The notes under the pieces were generated by a model. The model made no database searches. It had not been told where the DNA came from and saw nothing but the letters and a program-made list of their open reading frames with translations. 63,367 nt of DNA from Actinomycetota bacterium. GTDB lineage: Bacteria; Actinomycetota; UBA4738; HRBIN12. The position numbers and the translations under genes were made by a program. The DNA is taken from assembly GCA_050998695.1 (NCBI GenBank), contig JBPCPX010000032.1:1-63367 (forward strand), given 5' to 3'. Of the stretch, positions 9,450 to 18,920 are shown piece after piece (position 1 is the stretch's first letter; each line of letters starts with the position of its first letter).

Positions 9450-10316
9450 GTGGCCCTCGACCTCCGCGCGGCACGGCACAAGGTCACCGAGCTCCGGCGG
9501 ATCGTGAGCGGCATCCCGGACCCGGCGGTGGCGTTCTCCGGAGGCGTTGACAGCTCGCTCCTGGCGGTCGTCGCTCGGGATGTGCACGGAGACGACATGC
9601 GCGCGGTGATCGCGGACTCACCGTCCTTGCCCCGGAACGAGCTCGCGGCGGCGATCCGGTTCGCGGACGCCCACGACCTGCCCCTCCGTGTGGTCCGCAC
9701 CGCGGAGTTGGAGGACCCCCGATACCGTTCGAACGGATCCGACCGGTGCGCCTTCTGTAAGGAGGCGTTGCTGGAGGCCGTGATGACCGACCCGCTCCTC
9801 GGCAGCCGGACGATCCTGCTCGGCGTGAATCTGGATGACCTCGCGGATCATCGGCCCGGCCAGCGAGCGGCGCGGGACCGTGGTGCTCGGTTCCCGCTCG
9901 TGGAAGCCCGCTTGGGCAAGCACGAGGTCCGGGCACTCGCGCAGGATTTCCACCTCGAGACGTGGGACAAGCCGGCGGCCGCGTGTCTCGCCTCGCGATT
10001 GGCCTACGGTGTACCGGTGTCGGAGGAAGCGCTCAACAGGATCGAGCGGGCCGAGGCGTCCCTGCGCAGCCTCGGTTTCGCGGGGGACGTGCGCGTACGG
10101 GATCAGGGTTCGGGATTGGCTCGGATAGAGGTGCCACCGGAACGTTTCGAGGACCTGCTCGCTCGCCGGACGGAGGTGATCGAGGGGATGCGCGAGGCCG
10201 GATTCCGCTACGTCACCCTTGACCTGGAGGGGTTCCGCTCGGGGAGCCACAACCTAACGATCTCCACCGAAGAGCTCCGGACCCGCCTCCCTCGGAGCCC
10301 CACGGACGTGCGATGA
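9450..10316 (+). CDS. larE: LarE, ATP-dependent sulfur transferase (PP-loop ATP pyrophosphatase)
   Basis: PP-loop AFSGGVDSSLL. Cysteines in CAFC (codons 9747 and 9756) and the AACLASR cysteine (aa 179). Divergent from larB across a 49-bp spacer. Confidence 0.8.
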   Translation: MALDLRAARHKVTELRRIVSGIPDPAVAFSGGVDSSLLAVVARDVHGDDMRAVIADSPSLPRNELAAAIRFADAHDLPLRVVRTAELEDPRYRSNGSDRCAFCKEALLEAVMTDPLLGSRTILLGVNLDDLADHRPGQRAARDRGARFPLVEARLGKHEVRALAQDFHLETWDKPAAACLASRLAYGVPVSEEALNRIERAEASLRSLGFAGDVRVRDQGSGLARIEVPPERFEDLLARRTEVIEGMREAGFRYVTLDLEGFRSGSHNLTISTEELRTRLPRSPTDVR

Positions 10317-10372
10317 TGCGGGCCGTCGGAGGGGTACGGACGACCCGTCCCCGGCGCTGAGAGGGAGGACGC

Positions 10373-10981
10373 ATGCCGAGGATCTATTCGATTCGCCCGA
10401 CATGGTCGCTGAAGGGACGCCGTTTCCAGGGGGTGCGGGGCTTCACGGGGAAGCCGTCCCATCCGCCGCTCACGGATTTCCCGATCGTGTGTTACACGCT
10501 CGCGGCGGTGTTCGACCTGATCTCGTACTTCTCGGCCTCCTCGGATCCGAAGGCTCGTGACTTCTTCGTGGCGGCCACGTTCGTGATGGTGGCCGGGTAC
10601 GCGGTCGGACTCCTCGCGGCGATCACCGGCTTCTTCGACTGGTGGAAGGGGATTCCGCGCGACCGGAAGAGCGGACCGATCGGCAGGGCGAAGCACACGC
10701 AGGTCTGGCGCACGATCAACTTCCACGCGACCGTGATGATCGTGGTCACCGTGATCACGCTCGTCGACATCATCCTGCGCGTCAGCAACTTCCAGGACGG
10801 ACAGACGAGCGGCCTGTGGCTCGTGTTGTCGCTCATCTCCGCGGCCGGCGTCGGGTTCGGCGCGGCCTACGGCGGAACGCTCGTGTTCGAGTACGGCTTC
10901 AACGTCGAGAACGTCGAGGAGGCCTGGAAGGAGTCCGAAGAGGATCACGTCCGTCTCCCTCGAGGCGGCTCCTCCTCGTAG
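10373..10981 (+). CDS. DUF2231 domain-containing membrane protein
   Basis: GKPSHPPLTDFPIVCYTLAAVFDLIS followed by further TM helices, typical of DUF2231. Confidence 0.6.
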   Translation: MPRIYSIRPTWSLKGRRFQGVRGFTGKPSHPPLTDFPIVCYTLAAVFDLISYFSASSDPKARDFFVAATFVMVAGYAVGLLAAITGFFDWWKGIPRDRKSGPIGRAKHTQVWRTINFHATVMIVVTVITLVDIILRVSNFQDGQTSGLWLVLSLISAAGVGFGAAYGGTLVFEYGFNVENVEEAWKESEEDHVRLPRGGSSS

Positions 10982-10989
10982 GCGTCTGG

Positions 10990-11520
10990 ATGGCCGCGGA
11001 TCGACCGCTCGGCTACTGGACCCAGACCTCGGTGACGTCGGCCGCGTCGCCGCAGGTCGTCTACGACACGATCGCGGACCTCCGGAACCATCTCGACTGG
11101 TCCGGCGAGCGCGCGAGCAGCGAGACCTTCAAGCTCCTGTCGATCGAGGCGCCTGAGGGCCCCGCTGCGGTCGGGACCGCGTTCACGTCCTCCGGCTCCG
11201 CCGACAACGGCACGTTCCACGACCGCTCGGAGGTGACGATGGCCACCAGCCCGAGGACGTTCGTGATCGAGACCGACGCGCACCTCGATCGCACGCGCGG
11301 GAAGCCATGGGACGCGCACTTCTCGCATCGGTACGACATCTCGCCCGAAGGCCAGGGGTCGCGAATCACGTACACCGAGACGATCGAGCGCGTGAACTAT
11401 GTCCCGTACTGGCTGCAGCCCGTGGTGCGCTCGCTCTTCAAGGTCTACGTCAACCGCGCGGATCGCAAGCAGCTGGCGAACCTCGCGCGGCTCGCCGAGG
11501 AGCGTTCGTCGGGCAGCTGA
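10990..11520 (+). CDS. SRPBCC family protein
   Basis: Internal ATG of ORF 10642..11520 gives MAADRPLGYWTQTSVTSAASPQVVYDTIADLRNHLDWSG.., which is SRPBCC-like. Confidence 0.55.
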   Translation: MAADRPLGYWTQTSVTSAASPQVVYDTIADLRNHLDWSGERASSETFKLLSIEAPEGPAAVGTAFTSSGSADNGTFHDRSEVTMATSPRTFVIETDAHLDRTRGKPWDAHFSHRYDISPEGQGSRITYTETIERVNYVPYWLQPVVRSLFKVYVNRADRKQLANLARLAEERSSGS

Positions 11521-12048
11521 TCAGAATTCGAGGGTGCAGTTCTCGCAAACGAAGCCCCTGCTCCGGAAGTTCAGGCTGTGCCCGCCGCAGCGGTGGCATC
11601 GTCGGCACGTCCCGCCGGACGCGCAATCGATCGGATCGGTGGTCGCACCCGGCTGATCCCAGGTCGTCGCCGGCTCCGACGGCCTCGGCAGCTGGATGGA
11701 CAGGAGCGTCATCGGTCCGTCCCCGCTCAGGAAGCCGTGGGGGTGTGCGGTCGCCCGGCCGATCACCAGGCTCCCGTCCAGAGGCACGGGATTGTCGGCG
11801 AGTAGCGCCTTCCCCTCCCCGGCGAGGACCACCACCCACTCCTCCGAGTCCGGATGCGTGTGCGCGAAGGCGGGCTGGTTCGCGGTGAACCCCTGGAGGG
11901 ACAGGTAGAACTCGTCGCCCTGCGAGATCGGGACCCGGCGGAACCCGGAGGGACACAGGGCCAGGACCTCCTCGGGATGCATCGCGAACACCCCGAGGTT
12001 GTCGAGCACCTCCGCCAGGTCGCCGACCGAGTGCGTCATCGGTAGCAT
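11521..12048 (-). CDS. cupin domain protein with C-terminal zinc ribbon
   Basis: Cupin metal-site pattern AHTHPDSEEWVVVLAGEG...HPHGF. The C-terminus is CASGGTCRRCHRCGG..FVCENC. Confidence 0.6.
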   Translation of the reverse strand: MLPMTHSVGDLAEVLDNLGVFAMHPEEVLALCPSGFRRVPISQGDEFYLSLQGFTANQPAFAHTHPDSEEWVVVLAGEGKALLADNPVPLDGSLVIGRATAHPHGFLSGDGPMTLLSIQLPRPSEPATTWDQPGATTDPIDCASGGTCRRCHRCGGHSLNFRSRGFVCENCTLEF

Positions 12049-12130
12049 CCTGTCGTATCACGGGCCGTTCGACCAACCGAGGGCCGTCCGTTCGATCGAC
12101 CGTGGGACGCGGCCCGGAGAGCGAGGACGT

Positions 12131-12550
12131 ATGACCGATCGACACGTCGTCGTCGACCACGTCCTGTTCGTCGTGGAGGATCTTCCCGCCAGCAGGCGTC
12201 TGTACACCGCCGCCCTCGCTCCCCTCGGGATCGAGGAGCTGAACGAGGAACCCAACTGCGTCGGGTACGGTCGGCAGGACCTCGATGACTTCGCGATCTG
12301 CGAGGGCTCGCCGGTCACGACCGCCGCGCATGTGGCGTTCGACGCGGCCGACCGGGAGTCGGTCGACGCGTTCTTCGAGGCCGCGCTCGCCGCGGGCGCG
12401 AGCGCCCGCGGCGAACCGGGCGTCTGGGTCCAGTACTCCGATCGGTACTACGGGGCGTTCGTGAACGACCCGCACGGCAACAACGTCGAGGCGGTCTTCC
12501 ACAGTCCTGAAGCGATCAGGGACGCACCGGTACGACCCGGCGTCCCGTAG
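12131..12550 (+). CDS. VOC (glyoxalase/bleomycin resistance/dioxygenase) family protein
   Basis: MTDRHVVVDHVLFVVEDLPASRRLYTAALAPLG..AHVAFDA..YYGAFVNDPHGNNVEAV. Confidence 0.7.
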   Translation: MTDRHVVVDHVLFVVEDLPASRRLYTAALAPLGIEELNEEPNCVGYGRQDLDDFAICEGSPVTTAAHVAFDAADRESVDAFFEAALAAGASARGEPGVWVQYSDRYYGAFVNDPHGNNVEAVFHSPEAIRDAPVRPGVP

Positions 12551-12576
12551 AGCGGGCCGCCGAGCCAGAGACAGAT

Positions 12577-12602
12577 GAAGGAGGGGCCGGAGCCCCTCCT
12601 TC
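12577..12602. terminator. perfect 11-bp stem / 4-nt loop hairpin between convergent genes
   Basis: gaaggaggggc-cgga-gcccctccttc, read directly. It lies between the stop at 12550 (+) and the stop at 12629 (-). There is no strong U-tract. Confidence 0.45.
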
Positions 12603-12628
12603 ACGCGAGCCCTGCCGATCGAGTGTGG

Positions 12629-13163
12629 TTACCCGAGCAGTCCGATCAGCTGGTTCAGCAGACGGGCCACCGCCGACAAGGTCGCATTGCTGTCGAGCAG
12701 CCCAGCGATACCACACAGCAGATTGCCGAGCAGGTTCCCTGGTCCCGACTCCGCGTCGATGTCGAGCACGATCTTGTCGAGGTGCACCACGAGCCCCAGC
12801 AGATCGAGGTCGAGCGGTCCGAGCTCGAGGTGCAGGATGTCGCAGGTGCCCGACGCCGTCAGCGGAAGTCGGACGAGCACGTCGGTCACCGTGCCGATCA
12901 CGGTGCCGGATGCATCGGTCAGGGTGGGTCCCAGAAAGCGTCCCGACCGCCACGAGCTCGCCGTTCTGCACGACGACCCGATCGAGATCGAACGTCCCAA
13001 CGAACGTTCCACCAGGCAGCGTTCCCGTGACTGGGATGTTGGTGATGTCTGGTGCCGGGGGCGCTGCGATGGCGCTCCCTCCAGTGAACAGCAACATGGT
13101 GCTCATCGCGGTCATCGCGACGAGTGCCGATAGTCTTTCGGCATAGCGAATCACTCCTCCCAT
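12629..13163 (-). pseudogene. secreted protein of unknown function interrupted by a 1-nt frameshift near 12929-12932
   Basis: The signal-peptide-like N-terminus (..LVAMTAMSTMLLFTGGSAIAAPPAPD..GTFDLDRVVVQNGELVAVGTLSG) is in frame of ORF 12516..13187. The continuation (P)TLTDASGTVIGTVTDVLVRLPLTASGTCDILHLELGPLDLDLLGLVVHLDKIVLDIDAE..LLNQLIGLLG* is in the frame of ORF 12629..13012. The start is uncertain (13163 or 13115). Confidence 0.55.
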
Positions 13164-13226
13164 ACAGGGGTTCGGGGGGTTGAGCAACCGTTTGGGCTAC
13201 CCACTCCACTCAGTATCGGGCTCTAT

Positions 13227-13268
13227 TCCGCTCCTACCCCCGACAGGTCCGCTCCTACCCCCGACAGG
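13227..13268. repeat. perfect tandem direct repeat, 2 x 21 bp (tccgctcctacccccgacagg)
   Basis: Read directly: 13227-13247 equals 13248-13268. Located in the 204-bp+ divergent intergenic region between 13163 (-) and 13392 (+). Confidence 0.95.
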
Positions 13269-13391
13269 CGGGAGGCAAACGGTTCTTCGAAGAATGGACG
13301 CGTATCCATCGACTTACACCTCGGGTTTCGACTCTCGATCGTCGGGTATCGGCTCCATGAGGCCGCGAACGGAAGGAAAGGAGAGCGTCTC

Positions 13392-13736
13392 ATGACTGAC
13401 ATGTGGACGTATTCGAACGAGTACTCGGCACAGACGATGGATGTCGAGGGTTTCGAGGTGGCCGCCACCGATGGCGACATAGGGAAGGTCGATGAGGCCA
13501 CCTACGATGTCGGAACCTCGTACATCGTGGTGGACACCGGGCCGTGGATCTTCGGTCGGAAGGTCGTGCTCCCCGCTGGCGCGATCGAGCGGATCGACCT
13601 TGACAATCGCAAGGTCGAGGTCCGGCTTACAAAGGACCAGATCAAGAACTCGCCCGAGTACGACGCGGACACCGAGGACTATCGCTCGGATGCATACCGT
13701 GATCAGGTCGGCACGTACTACGACACGTACCTCTGA
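13392..13736 (+). CDS. PRC-barrel domain protein
   Basis: GFEVAATDGDIGKVDEATYDVGTSYIVVDTG..GRKVVLPAGAIERIDLDNRKVEVRLTKDQIKNSPEY fits the PRC-barrel pattern. Confidence 0.6.
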   Translation: MTDMWTYSNEYSAQTMDVEGFEVAATDGDIGKVDEATYDVGTSYIVVDTGPWIFGRKVVLPAGAIERIDLDNRKVEVRLTKDQIKNSPEYDADTEDYRSDAYRDQVGTYYDTYL

Positions 13737-13757
13737 TCACACGGTTTCCGACGAGAG

Positions 13758-13783
13758 AGAGGCGGGGCCATTGCCCCGCCTCT
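13758..13783. terminator. 11-bp stem / 4-nt loop hairpin between convergent genes (bidirectional terminator candidate)
   Basis: agaggcggggc-catt-gccccgcctct followed by ttcg. Lies between the stops at 13736 (+) and 13816 (-). Confidence 0.5.
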
Positions 13784-13815
13784 TTCGCGTTGGGCCCGCC
13801 TGACGCGGCTACCGA

Positions 13816-15003
13816 TCAGCTGAGCTCGGACTTCGACTCGGCGAAGGCCTTGACCGCGAACTCGAGGTCTTCACGTGTATGCGCAGCTGATACCTGGGCG
13901 CGGATGCGCGCCTTGTCCTTCGGGACGACCGGGTAGGAGAACCCGATCACGTAAACCCCCCTCTCTAGCATCGCCTCCGCCATCCTCCCGGCCAGGGCCG
14001 CGTCGCCGAGCATCACCGGCACGATCGGGTGCTGGCCTGGGAGCACGTCCAGCCCGGCCGACTCCATCTCCGAGCGGAAGAAGCGCGTGTTGCCCTCGAG
14101 GGTGTCGCGAAGCTCCGTCGACGCCGTCAGCAGCTCGATCGCCTTGAGCGACCCGCCCACCACGGCGGGCGCGATCGTGTTGGAGAACAGGTACGGCCGC
14201 GACCGCTGGCGCAGGAGCTCCACCACCTCCTTCGGACCGGCCACGTAGCCCCCGCTCGCGCCGCCCATCGCCTTGCCGAGCGTTCCGGTGAGGATGTCCA
14301 CGCGATCCATCACCCCGTGGTGCTCGTGCGTGCCTCGACCGCCCGGTCCCATAACCCCGACCGCGTGGGAGTCGTCGACGACCACCATCGCGTCGTGGCG
14401 CTCGGCGAGGTCGCAGATCGCCGGCAGATCGGCCAGGAAGCCGTCCATCGAGAACACGCCGTCGGTCGCGATCAACCGCCGCCGCGCGCCTCCGGCCTCC
14501 TTCAGCTGCGCCTCGAGGTCCTCCATGTCGTTGTTGCGGTAGCGGTAGCGCTGGGCCTTCGACAGACGGACGCCGTCGATGATGCTGGCGTGGTTGAGCT
14601 CGTCGGAGATCACCGCGTCCTGCTCGCCGAGCAGCACCTCGAACAGGCCGCCGTTCGCATCGAAGCACGACGAGTACAGGATCGTGTCCTGGGTCCCGAG
14701 GAACTCGCTGAGCGCCGCCTCCAGATCCTTGTGGATCTCCTGCGTCCCGCAGATGAACCGGACCGACGCGAGCCCGAAGCCCCACTCCTCCATCGCCGCG
14801 TGCGCGGCCGCGACGACCTCCGGGTTGTTCGCGAGCCCGAGGTAGTTGTTCGCGCACATGTTGAGGACCAGGTCGTCGCGGCCGCGCACACCCACCCGCG
14901 CCCGCTGAGGCGAGGTCAGGACGCGCTCCGGCTTCTCGAGTCCGACCTCGCGGATCTGCTCGAGCTCCTCGGCGAGCGCCGGCCGCACGGTCTCGCTGGT
15001 CAC
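13816..15003 (-). CDS. kbl: glycine C-acetyltransferase (2-amino-3-ketobutyrate CoA ligase)
   Basis: 395 aa. [48 protein letters not shown] (PLP lysine). Overlaps the tdh stop by 4 nt. Confidence 0.9.
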   Translation of the reverse strand: MTSETVRPALAEELEQIREVGLEKPERVLTSPQRARVGVRGRDDLVLNMCANNYLGLANNPEVVAAAHAAMEEWGFGLASVRFICGTQEIHKDLEAALSEFLGTQDTILYSSCFDANGGLFEVLLGEQDAVISDELNHASIIDGVRLSKAQRYRYRNNDMEDLEAQLKEAGGARRRLIATDGVFSMDGFLADLPAICDLAERHDAMVVVDDSHAVGVMGPGGRGTHEHHGVMDRVDILTGTLGKAMGGASGGYVAGPKEVVELLRQRSRPYLFSNTIAPAVVGGSLKAIELLTASTELRDTLEGNTRFFRSEMESAGLDVLPGQHPIVPVMLGDAALAGRMAEAMLERGVYVIGFSYPVVPKDKARIRAQVSAAHTREDLEFAVKAFAESKSELS

Positions 15004-16034
15004 GATCCCTCGCCCCAGTGGAGGAGCACCTTCCCGGTCTCGCCCGACCTGATCGCGTCGAACGCGTCCTCGAAGCGGTCGGCCGGGAACCGATGCGTGA
15101 TCACCGGCGTGATGTCGAGGCCGCTCTGCAGCATCACGGTCATCATGTACCAGGTCTCGTACATCTCTCGGCCGTAGACGCCGCGGAGCGTGAGCTGCTC
15201 GAAGATCACCGTGTTCCAGTCGATCGCGAACGGCTCATCGGGGAGCCCGAGCATCGCGATCCCCGCCCCGTGCGACATGTTCGCGAGCATCTCGTGCAGC
15301 GCCGCCGGGTTCCCGCTCATCTCGAGGCCGACATCGAACCCTTCCTTCATCCCGAGCTTCGCTTGCGTGTCCGCCACCGTGCCCTCGCGCACGTCCAGCG
15401 CGAGGGTCACGCCCATCTTCCTGGCGAGCTCCAACCGGTAGGGGTTCACGTCGGTGACGACGACGTGGCGGGCGCCGGCGTGCCGGACGACCGCCGCGGC
15501 CATCAGCCCGATCGGACCGGCGCCCGTGATCAGCACGTCCTCGCCGAGTACCGGGAACTGCAAGGCTGTGTGCACCGCATTGCCGAACGGGTCGAAGATC
15601 GACGCGACGTCCCTGTCGATCGGGCCCTCGTGATGCCAGACGTTCGTCATCGGGAGCGAGATGTACTCGGCGAACGCGCCGGGCCGGTCCACGCCGATGC
15701 CCTTCGCGAACGCGCAGAGGTGGCGCCTGCCCGCCATGCAGTTCCGGCATCGCCCGCAGACCACGTGGCCTTCCCCGCTCACGAGGTCGCCCTCGCGGAA
15801 GTCGCTGACGTTGGACCCGATCTGCGTGATCTCGCCGACGAACTCGTGCCCGATGACGAGCGGCAGGGGGACGTGCTGCTCGGCCCACTCGTTCCAATCG
15901 TAGATGTGCAGGTCGGTCCCGCAGATCCCCGTTCGATCCACACGGATCAAGACGTCGTTGATCCCGATCTCGGGCTCCGGCACCTCCGTCATGATCAAGC
16001 CAGGGGCCGGATCCTGCTTCACGAGCGCACGCAT
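15000..16034 (-). CDS. tdh: L-threonine 3-dehydrogenase
   Basis: 344 aa. Zn-ADH pattern [38 protein letters not shown], and [12 protein letters not shown]. Forms a classic tdh-kbl pair. Confidence 0.9.
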   Translation of the reverse strand: MRALVKQDPAPGLIMTEVPEPEIGINDVLIRVDRTGICGTDLHIYDWNEWAEQHVPLPLVIGHEFVGEITQIGSNVSDFREGDLVSGEGHVVCGRCRNCMAGRRHLCAFAKGIGVDRPGAFAEYISLPMTNVWHHEGPIDRDVASIFDPFGNAVHTALQFPVLGEDVLITGAGPIGLMAAAVVRHAGARHVVVTDVNPYRLELARKMGVTLALDVREGTVADTQAKLGMKEGFDVGLEMSGNPAALHEMLANMSHGAGIAMLGLPDEPFAIDWNTVIFEQLTLRGVYGREMYETWYMMTVMLQSGLDITPVITHRFPADRFEDAFDAIRSGETGKVLLHWGEGS

Positions 16035-16121
16035 GTCCGGCTATCTCAACACGGATGCCCTCTGAGCGGCACGTCCCGGCGTTCACTGCGCTTCAGACCG
16101 GGCGGGTAGCATGCGGCACTC

Positions 16122-17117
16122 ATGGCCGACATCGCGATCGAGGTCGAGGGTCTCAAGAAGCGGTTCGGAGACGTCATCGCTCTCGACGGAGTCGACTTCA
16201 GCGTTTCGGAGCGCTCCGTGTTCGGCCTCCTCGGCCCGAACGGGGCCGGCAAGACGACGGCCATCCGCATCCTCGCCACGGTGCTCGAGCCGGATGCGGG
16301 ACGAGCCTCCGTTCTCGGGCGCGACGTCGCTCGTGAACCGGACGAGGTCCGCCGCCGCATCGGCCTCGCCGGGCAGTTCGCGGCGGTCGACCCCAACCTC
16401 ACCGGGCGGGAGAATCTGCGGTTGGTAGGCCTCCTGACCCAGATGGCGTCACCGCCGATCATGCCGCGCGCCGCCGAGCTGCTCGCCCGATTCGATCTCA
16501 CCGACGCCGCCGACCGGCCCGCGCGAACCTACTCCGGCGGCATGCGCAGGAGGCTGGACATCGCGGCGGCGCTCATGCCGCGGCCGCCCGTCCTCTTCCT
16601 CGACGAACCGACGACGGGTCTCGACCTGCAGAGCCGGAACGAGCTCTGGGACATGATCCGAGAGCTGGTGCATGACGGCACCACCGTCCTGCTCACCACG
16701 CAATACCTCGAGGAAGCCGATCGGTTGGCGCAGCGGGTCGCCGTCATCGATGGCGGCCATGTGATCGCGAACGACTCGCCCGCTGCGCTCAAGGCGCAGC
16801 TCGGCAGCGCAGTGGCGGAGCTGGGGTTCGAGGACGAGGCGACCGCCGAGAAGGCGCTCGCGCTCCTGGCGTCCCCGTATGCGGGCGTCGAACGCGAGGG
16901 AGCCACGGTGCGGCTCAGCACACACGAGGGACCACGAGTGCTGATCGACGTGCTCCGCGATCTCGACGGCGCGGGCCTCGCGCCGTCGACCCTCGCGGTG
17001 CACGAGCCGAGCCTGGACGACGTCTTCCTCGCCCTGACGGGTCGTCACGCGGAAAGCGTCGGAGCCGGCAACGAGCCGGGCGAAGGCAAGCGGTCGCGAC
17101 GGCGAGGTGCGGCTTGA
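16122..17117 (+). CDS. ABC transporter ATP-binding protein (DrrA-like)
   Basis: Walker A GPNGAGKTT, signature YSGGMRRRL, Walker B VLFLDEPTTGLD. Confidence 0.85.
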   Translation: MADIAIEVEGLKKRFGDVIALDGVDFSVSERSVFGLLGPNGAGKTTAIRILATVLEPDAGRASVLGRDVAREPDEVRRRIGLAGQFAAVDPNLTGRENLRLVGLLTQMASPPIMPRAAELLARFDLTDAADRPARTYSGGMRRRLDIAAALMPRPPVLFLDEPTTGLDLQSRNELWDMIRELVHDGTTVLLTTQYLEEADRLAQRVAVIDGGHVIANDSPAALKAQLGSAVAELGFEDEATAEKALALLASPYAGVEREGATVRLSTHEGPRVLIDVLRDLDGAGLAPSTLAVHEPSLDDVFLALTGRHAESVGAGNEPGEGKRSRRRGAA

Positions 17118-17908
17118 GTGCCGCCACGTCCGTCGTCGAGCGCCCGGCGCTCGTTCGCGCCGTCCGCGATGCCCTCGCGATCACCTGGCGGAACCTCATC
17201 GGCTATCGCCGAGTGCCGCAACTCTTGGTGTTCTCGACGGTCCAGCCGGTGATCTTCGTGCTGCTGTTCCGGTACGTGTTCGGTGGGGCGATCAACGTCC
17301 CTGGCGTCCCCTACGTGGACTTCCTCATGCCGGGCGTGTTCGTCCAGACCGTCGTGTTCGGCTCCCTCGCGACGGCGATCGGACTCGCGGCCGATATGAA
17401 GTCCGGCCTCCTCGAACGGTTCCGCTCGCTCCCGATGGCCCGCAGCGCGGTGCTTGCGGGGCGCACCCTCGCCGACCTCACTCGCAACGTTTTCGTCGTG
17501 CTGCTGATGATCGCCGTCGGGTTCCTGGTGGGGTTCCGGATCCACACGAACGCGTTCGCCCTGATCGGCGGGATCCTGCTGCTTCTTTTCTTCGGATATG
17601 CGATGTCATGGATCTTCGCGACGGTGGGGCTCGCTCTTGGCGACCCGGAGACGGCCCAAGCGGCGGCGTTCCCGGTGCTCGCGCCCCTGGTCTTCGCGTC
17701 GACGGTATTCGTGCCCCTCGAGTCGATGCCCGGCTGGCTGCAGGTGTGGGCGGAGCACCAGCCCGTGTCCGTGACGGCGTCGGCGGTGCGAGCGCTCGTG
17801 CTGGGAGGTCCCACCGCCAGCCTCGTGTGGCAGTCGCTCGCGTGGTGCGTCGGGATCCTCGCGATCTTCGCGCCGCTGGCCGTCCGGCGCTATCGCCGGG
17901 CGGTCTGA
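17114..17908 (+). CDS. ABC-2 type transporter permease
   Basis: 264-aa polytopic protein with a 4-nt overlap on the ATPase gene. ABC-2 like (..RSLPMARSAVLAGR..). Confidence 0.8.
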   Translation: MSAATSVVERPALVRAVRDALAITWRNLIGYRRVPQLLVFSTVQPVIFVLLFRYVFGGAINVPGVPYVDFLMPGVFVQTVVFGSLATAIGLAADMKSGLLERFRSLPMARSAVLAGRTLADLTRNVFVVLLMIAVGFLVGFRIHTNAFALIGGILLLLFFGYAMSWIFATVGLALGDPETAQAAAFPVLAPLVFASTVFVPLESMPGWLQVWAEHQPVSVTASAVRALVLGGPTASLVWQSLAWCVGILAIFAPLAVRRYRRAV

Positions 17909-17913
17909 ACGAC

Positions 17914-18342
17914 CTACTGCCAGCTCGCGACGATGATCGCCGCGACCAGGTTGCCCACCGCGTGGTAGCCGCCGTTCACGGCGCCCCAGACCATCGGCTT
18001 CGGCTTCTCGGATTCGAACTGCGCGGTTACGAAGGAGATCGCGACCGCGAACCCGATCGCGACGATCAGGCCCAGGGCGATGCCTTCCTGCAGCGTGTCG
18101 GAGTCGGTGGCCTTCGCGAGCATGCCGAGAGCCACCGCCGACAGCACGCTCCCGACGAGCGGCGTCAGATAGATGGCGGGGCTCGGGCGCGTCCCCGCCT
18201 CCGGCATCGCCATGCCTCCCGCGGCCATCCACGCCTTGCCGAACACGGGCGGCGCGTACCACAGTGCCCCGATCGCGAAGTAGGCGAGGGCCGCCACGAA
18301 GACGGCCAGCCAGTTCAGTTCGCTCAGTGCGTCGAATGTCAT
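17914..18342 (-). CDS. DUF1761 domain-containing membrane protein
   Basis: MTFDALSELNWLAVFVAALAYFAIGALWYAPPVFGKAWM.. preceded by GGAGGA 5 nt upstream of the ATG at 18342. The longer track ORF (to 18834) is rejected. Confidence 0.6.
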   Translation of the reverse strand: MTFDALSELNWLAVFVAALAYFAIGALWYAPPVFGKAWMAAGGMAMPEAGTRPSPAIYLTPLVGSVLSAVALGMLAKATDSDTLQEGIALGLIVAIGFAVAISFVTAQFESEKPKPMVWGAVNGGYHAVGNLVAAIIVASWQ

Positions 18343-18483
18343 GGTTGTCCTCCTTCGGACCGGTTCCGGCCGTGAGCGTACCGTCGCTCGACCGCCTCGG
18401 CGGTAAGAGCTCTGTGTGGGTTGAGCTGCCGGGGCGATGGGTATCTCGGGGTGGACCCCTATCAGGACGAGCGAGGTGCGGCC

Positions 18484-18912
18484 ATGGCCAGACGGACGAG
18501 CGAGGCGCAGTGGGAAGGACCGCTGAAGGACGGGAAGGGCAGATTCTGGACCGAAAGCGGTGAGGTCTCGGGCGTCTACTCCTACTCGACGAGGTTCGAG
18601 GAGCAGTCGGGATCGAACCCCGAGGAGCTCATCGGAGCAGCGCTCGCGAGCTGCTTCTCGATGAAGCTCGCAGGCGACGTGGGAGCCGCAGACTACAACC
18701 CGGAGTCCGTCCGAACGGTCGCGACGGTGCGGCTGGACAAGGGCGAGAGTGGATTCGCGATCACCGGTGTCGAACTGGACACCGAGGCGAGGATCCCCGG
18801 GATCGATCCCGCGGAGTTCGAGAAGATCGCGCAATCATCCAAGGAGAACTGCCCGGTGGGGAAGGCCCTCGCGGCGATACCGATCACCCTTCGCACCCGA
18901 CTCACTGCCTAG
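18484..18912 (+). CDS. OsmC family peroxiredoxin-like protein
   Basis: EAQWEGPLKDGKG..NPEELIGAALASCFSMKLA..ENCPVGKAL, showing the two conserved OsmC cysteines. Confidence 0.8.
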   Translation: MARRTSEAQWEGPLKDGKGRFWTESGEVSGVYSYSTRFEEQSGSNPEELIGAALASCFSMKLAGDVGAADYNPESVRTVATVRLDKGESGFAITGVELDTEARIPGIDPAEFEKIAQSSKENCPVGKALAAIPITLRTRLTA

Positions 18913-18920
18913 CGTCCGAC

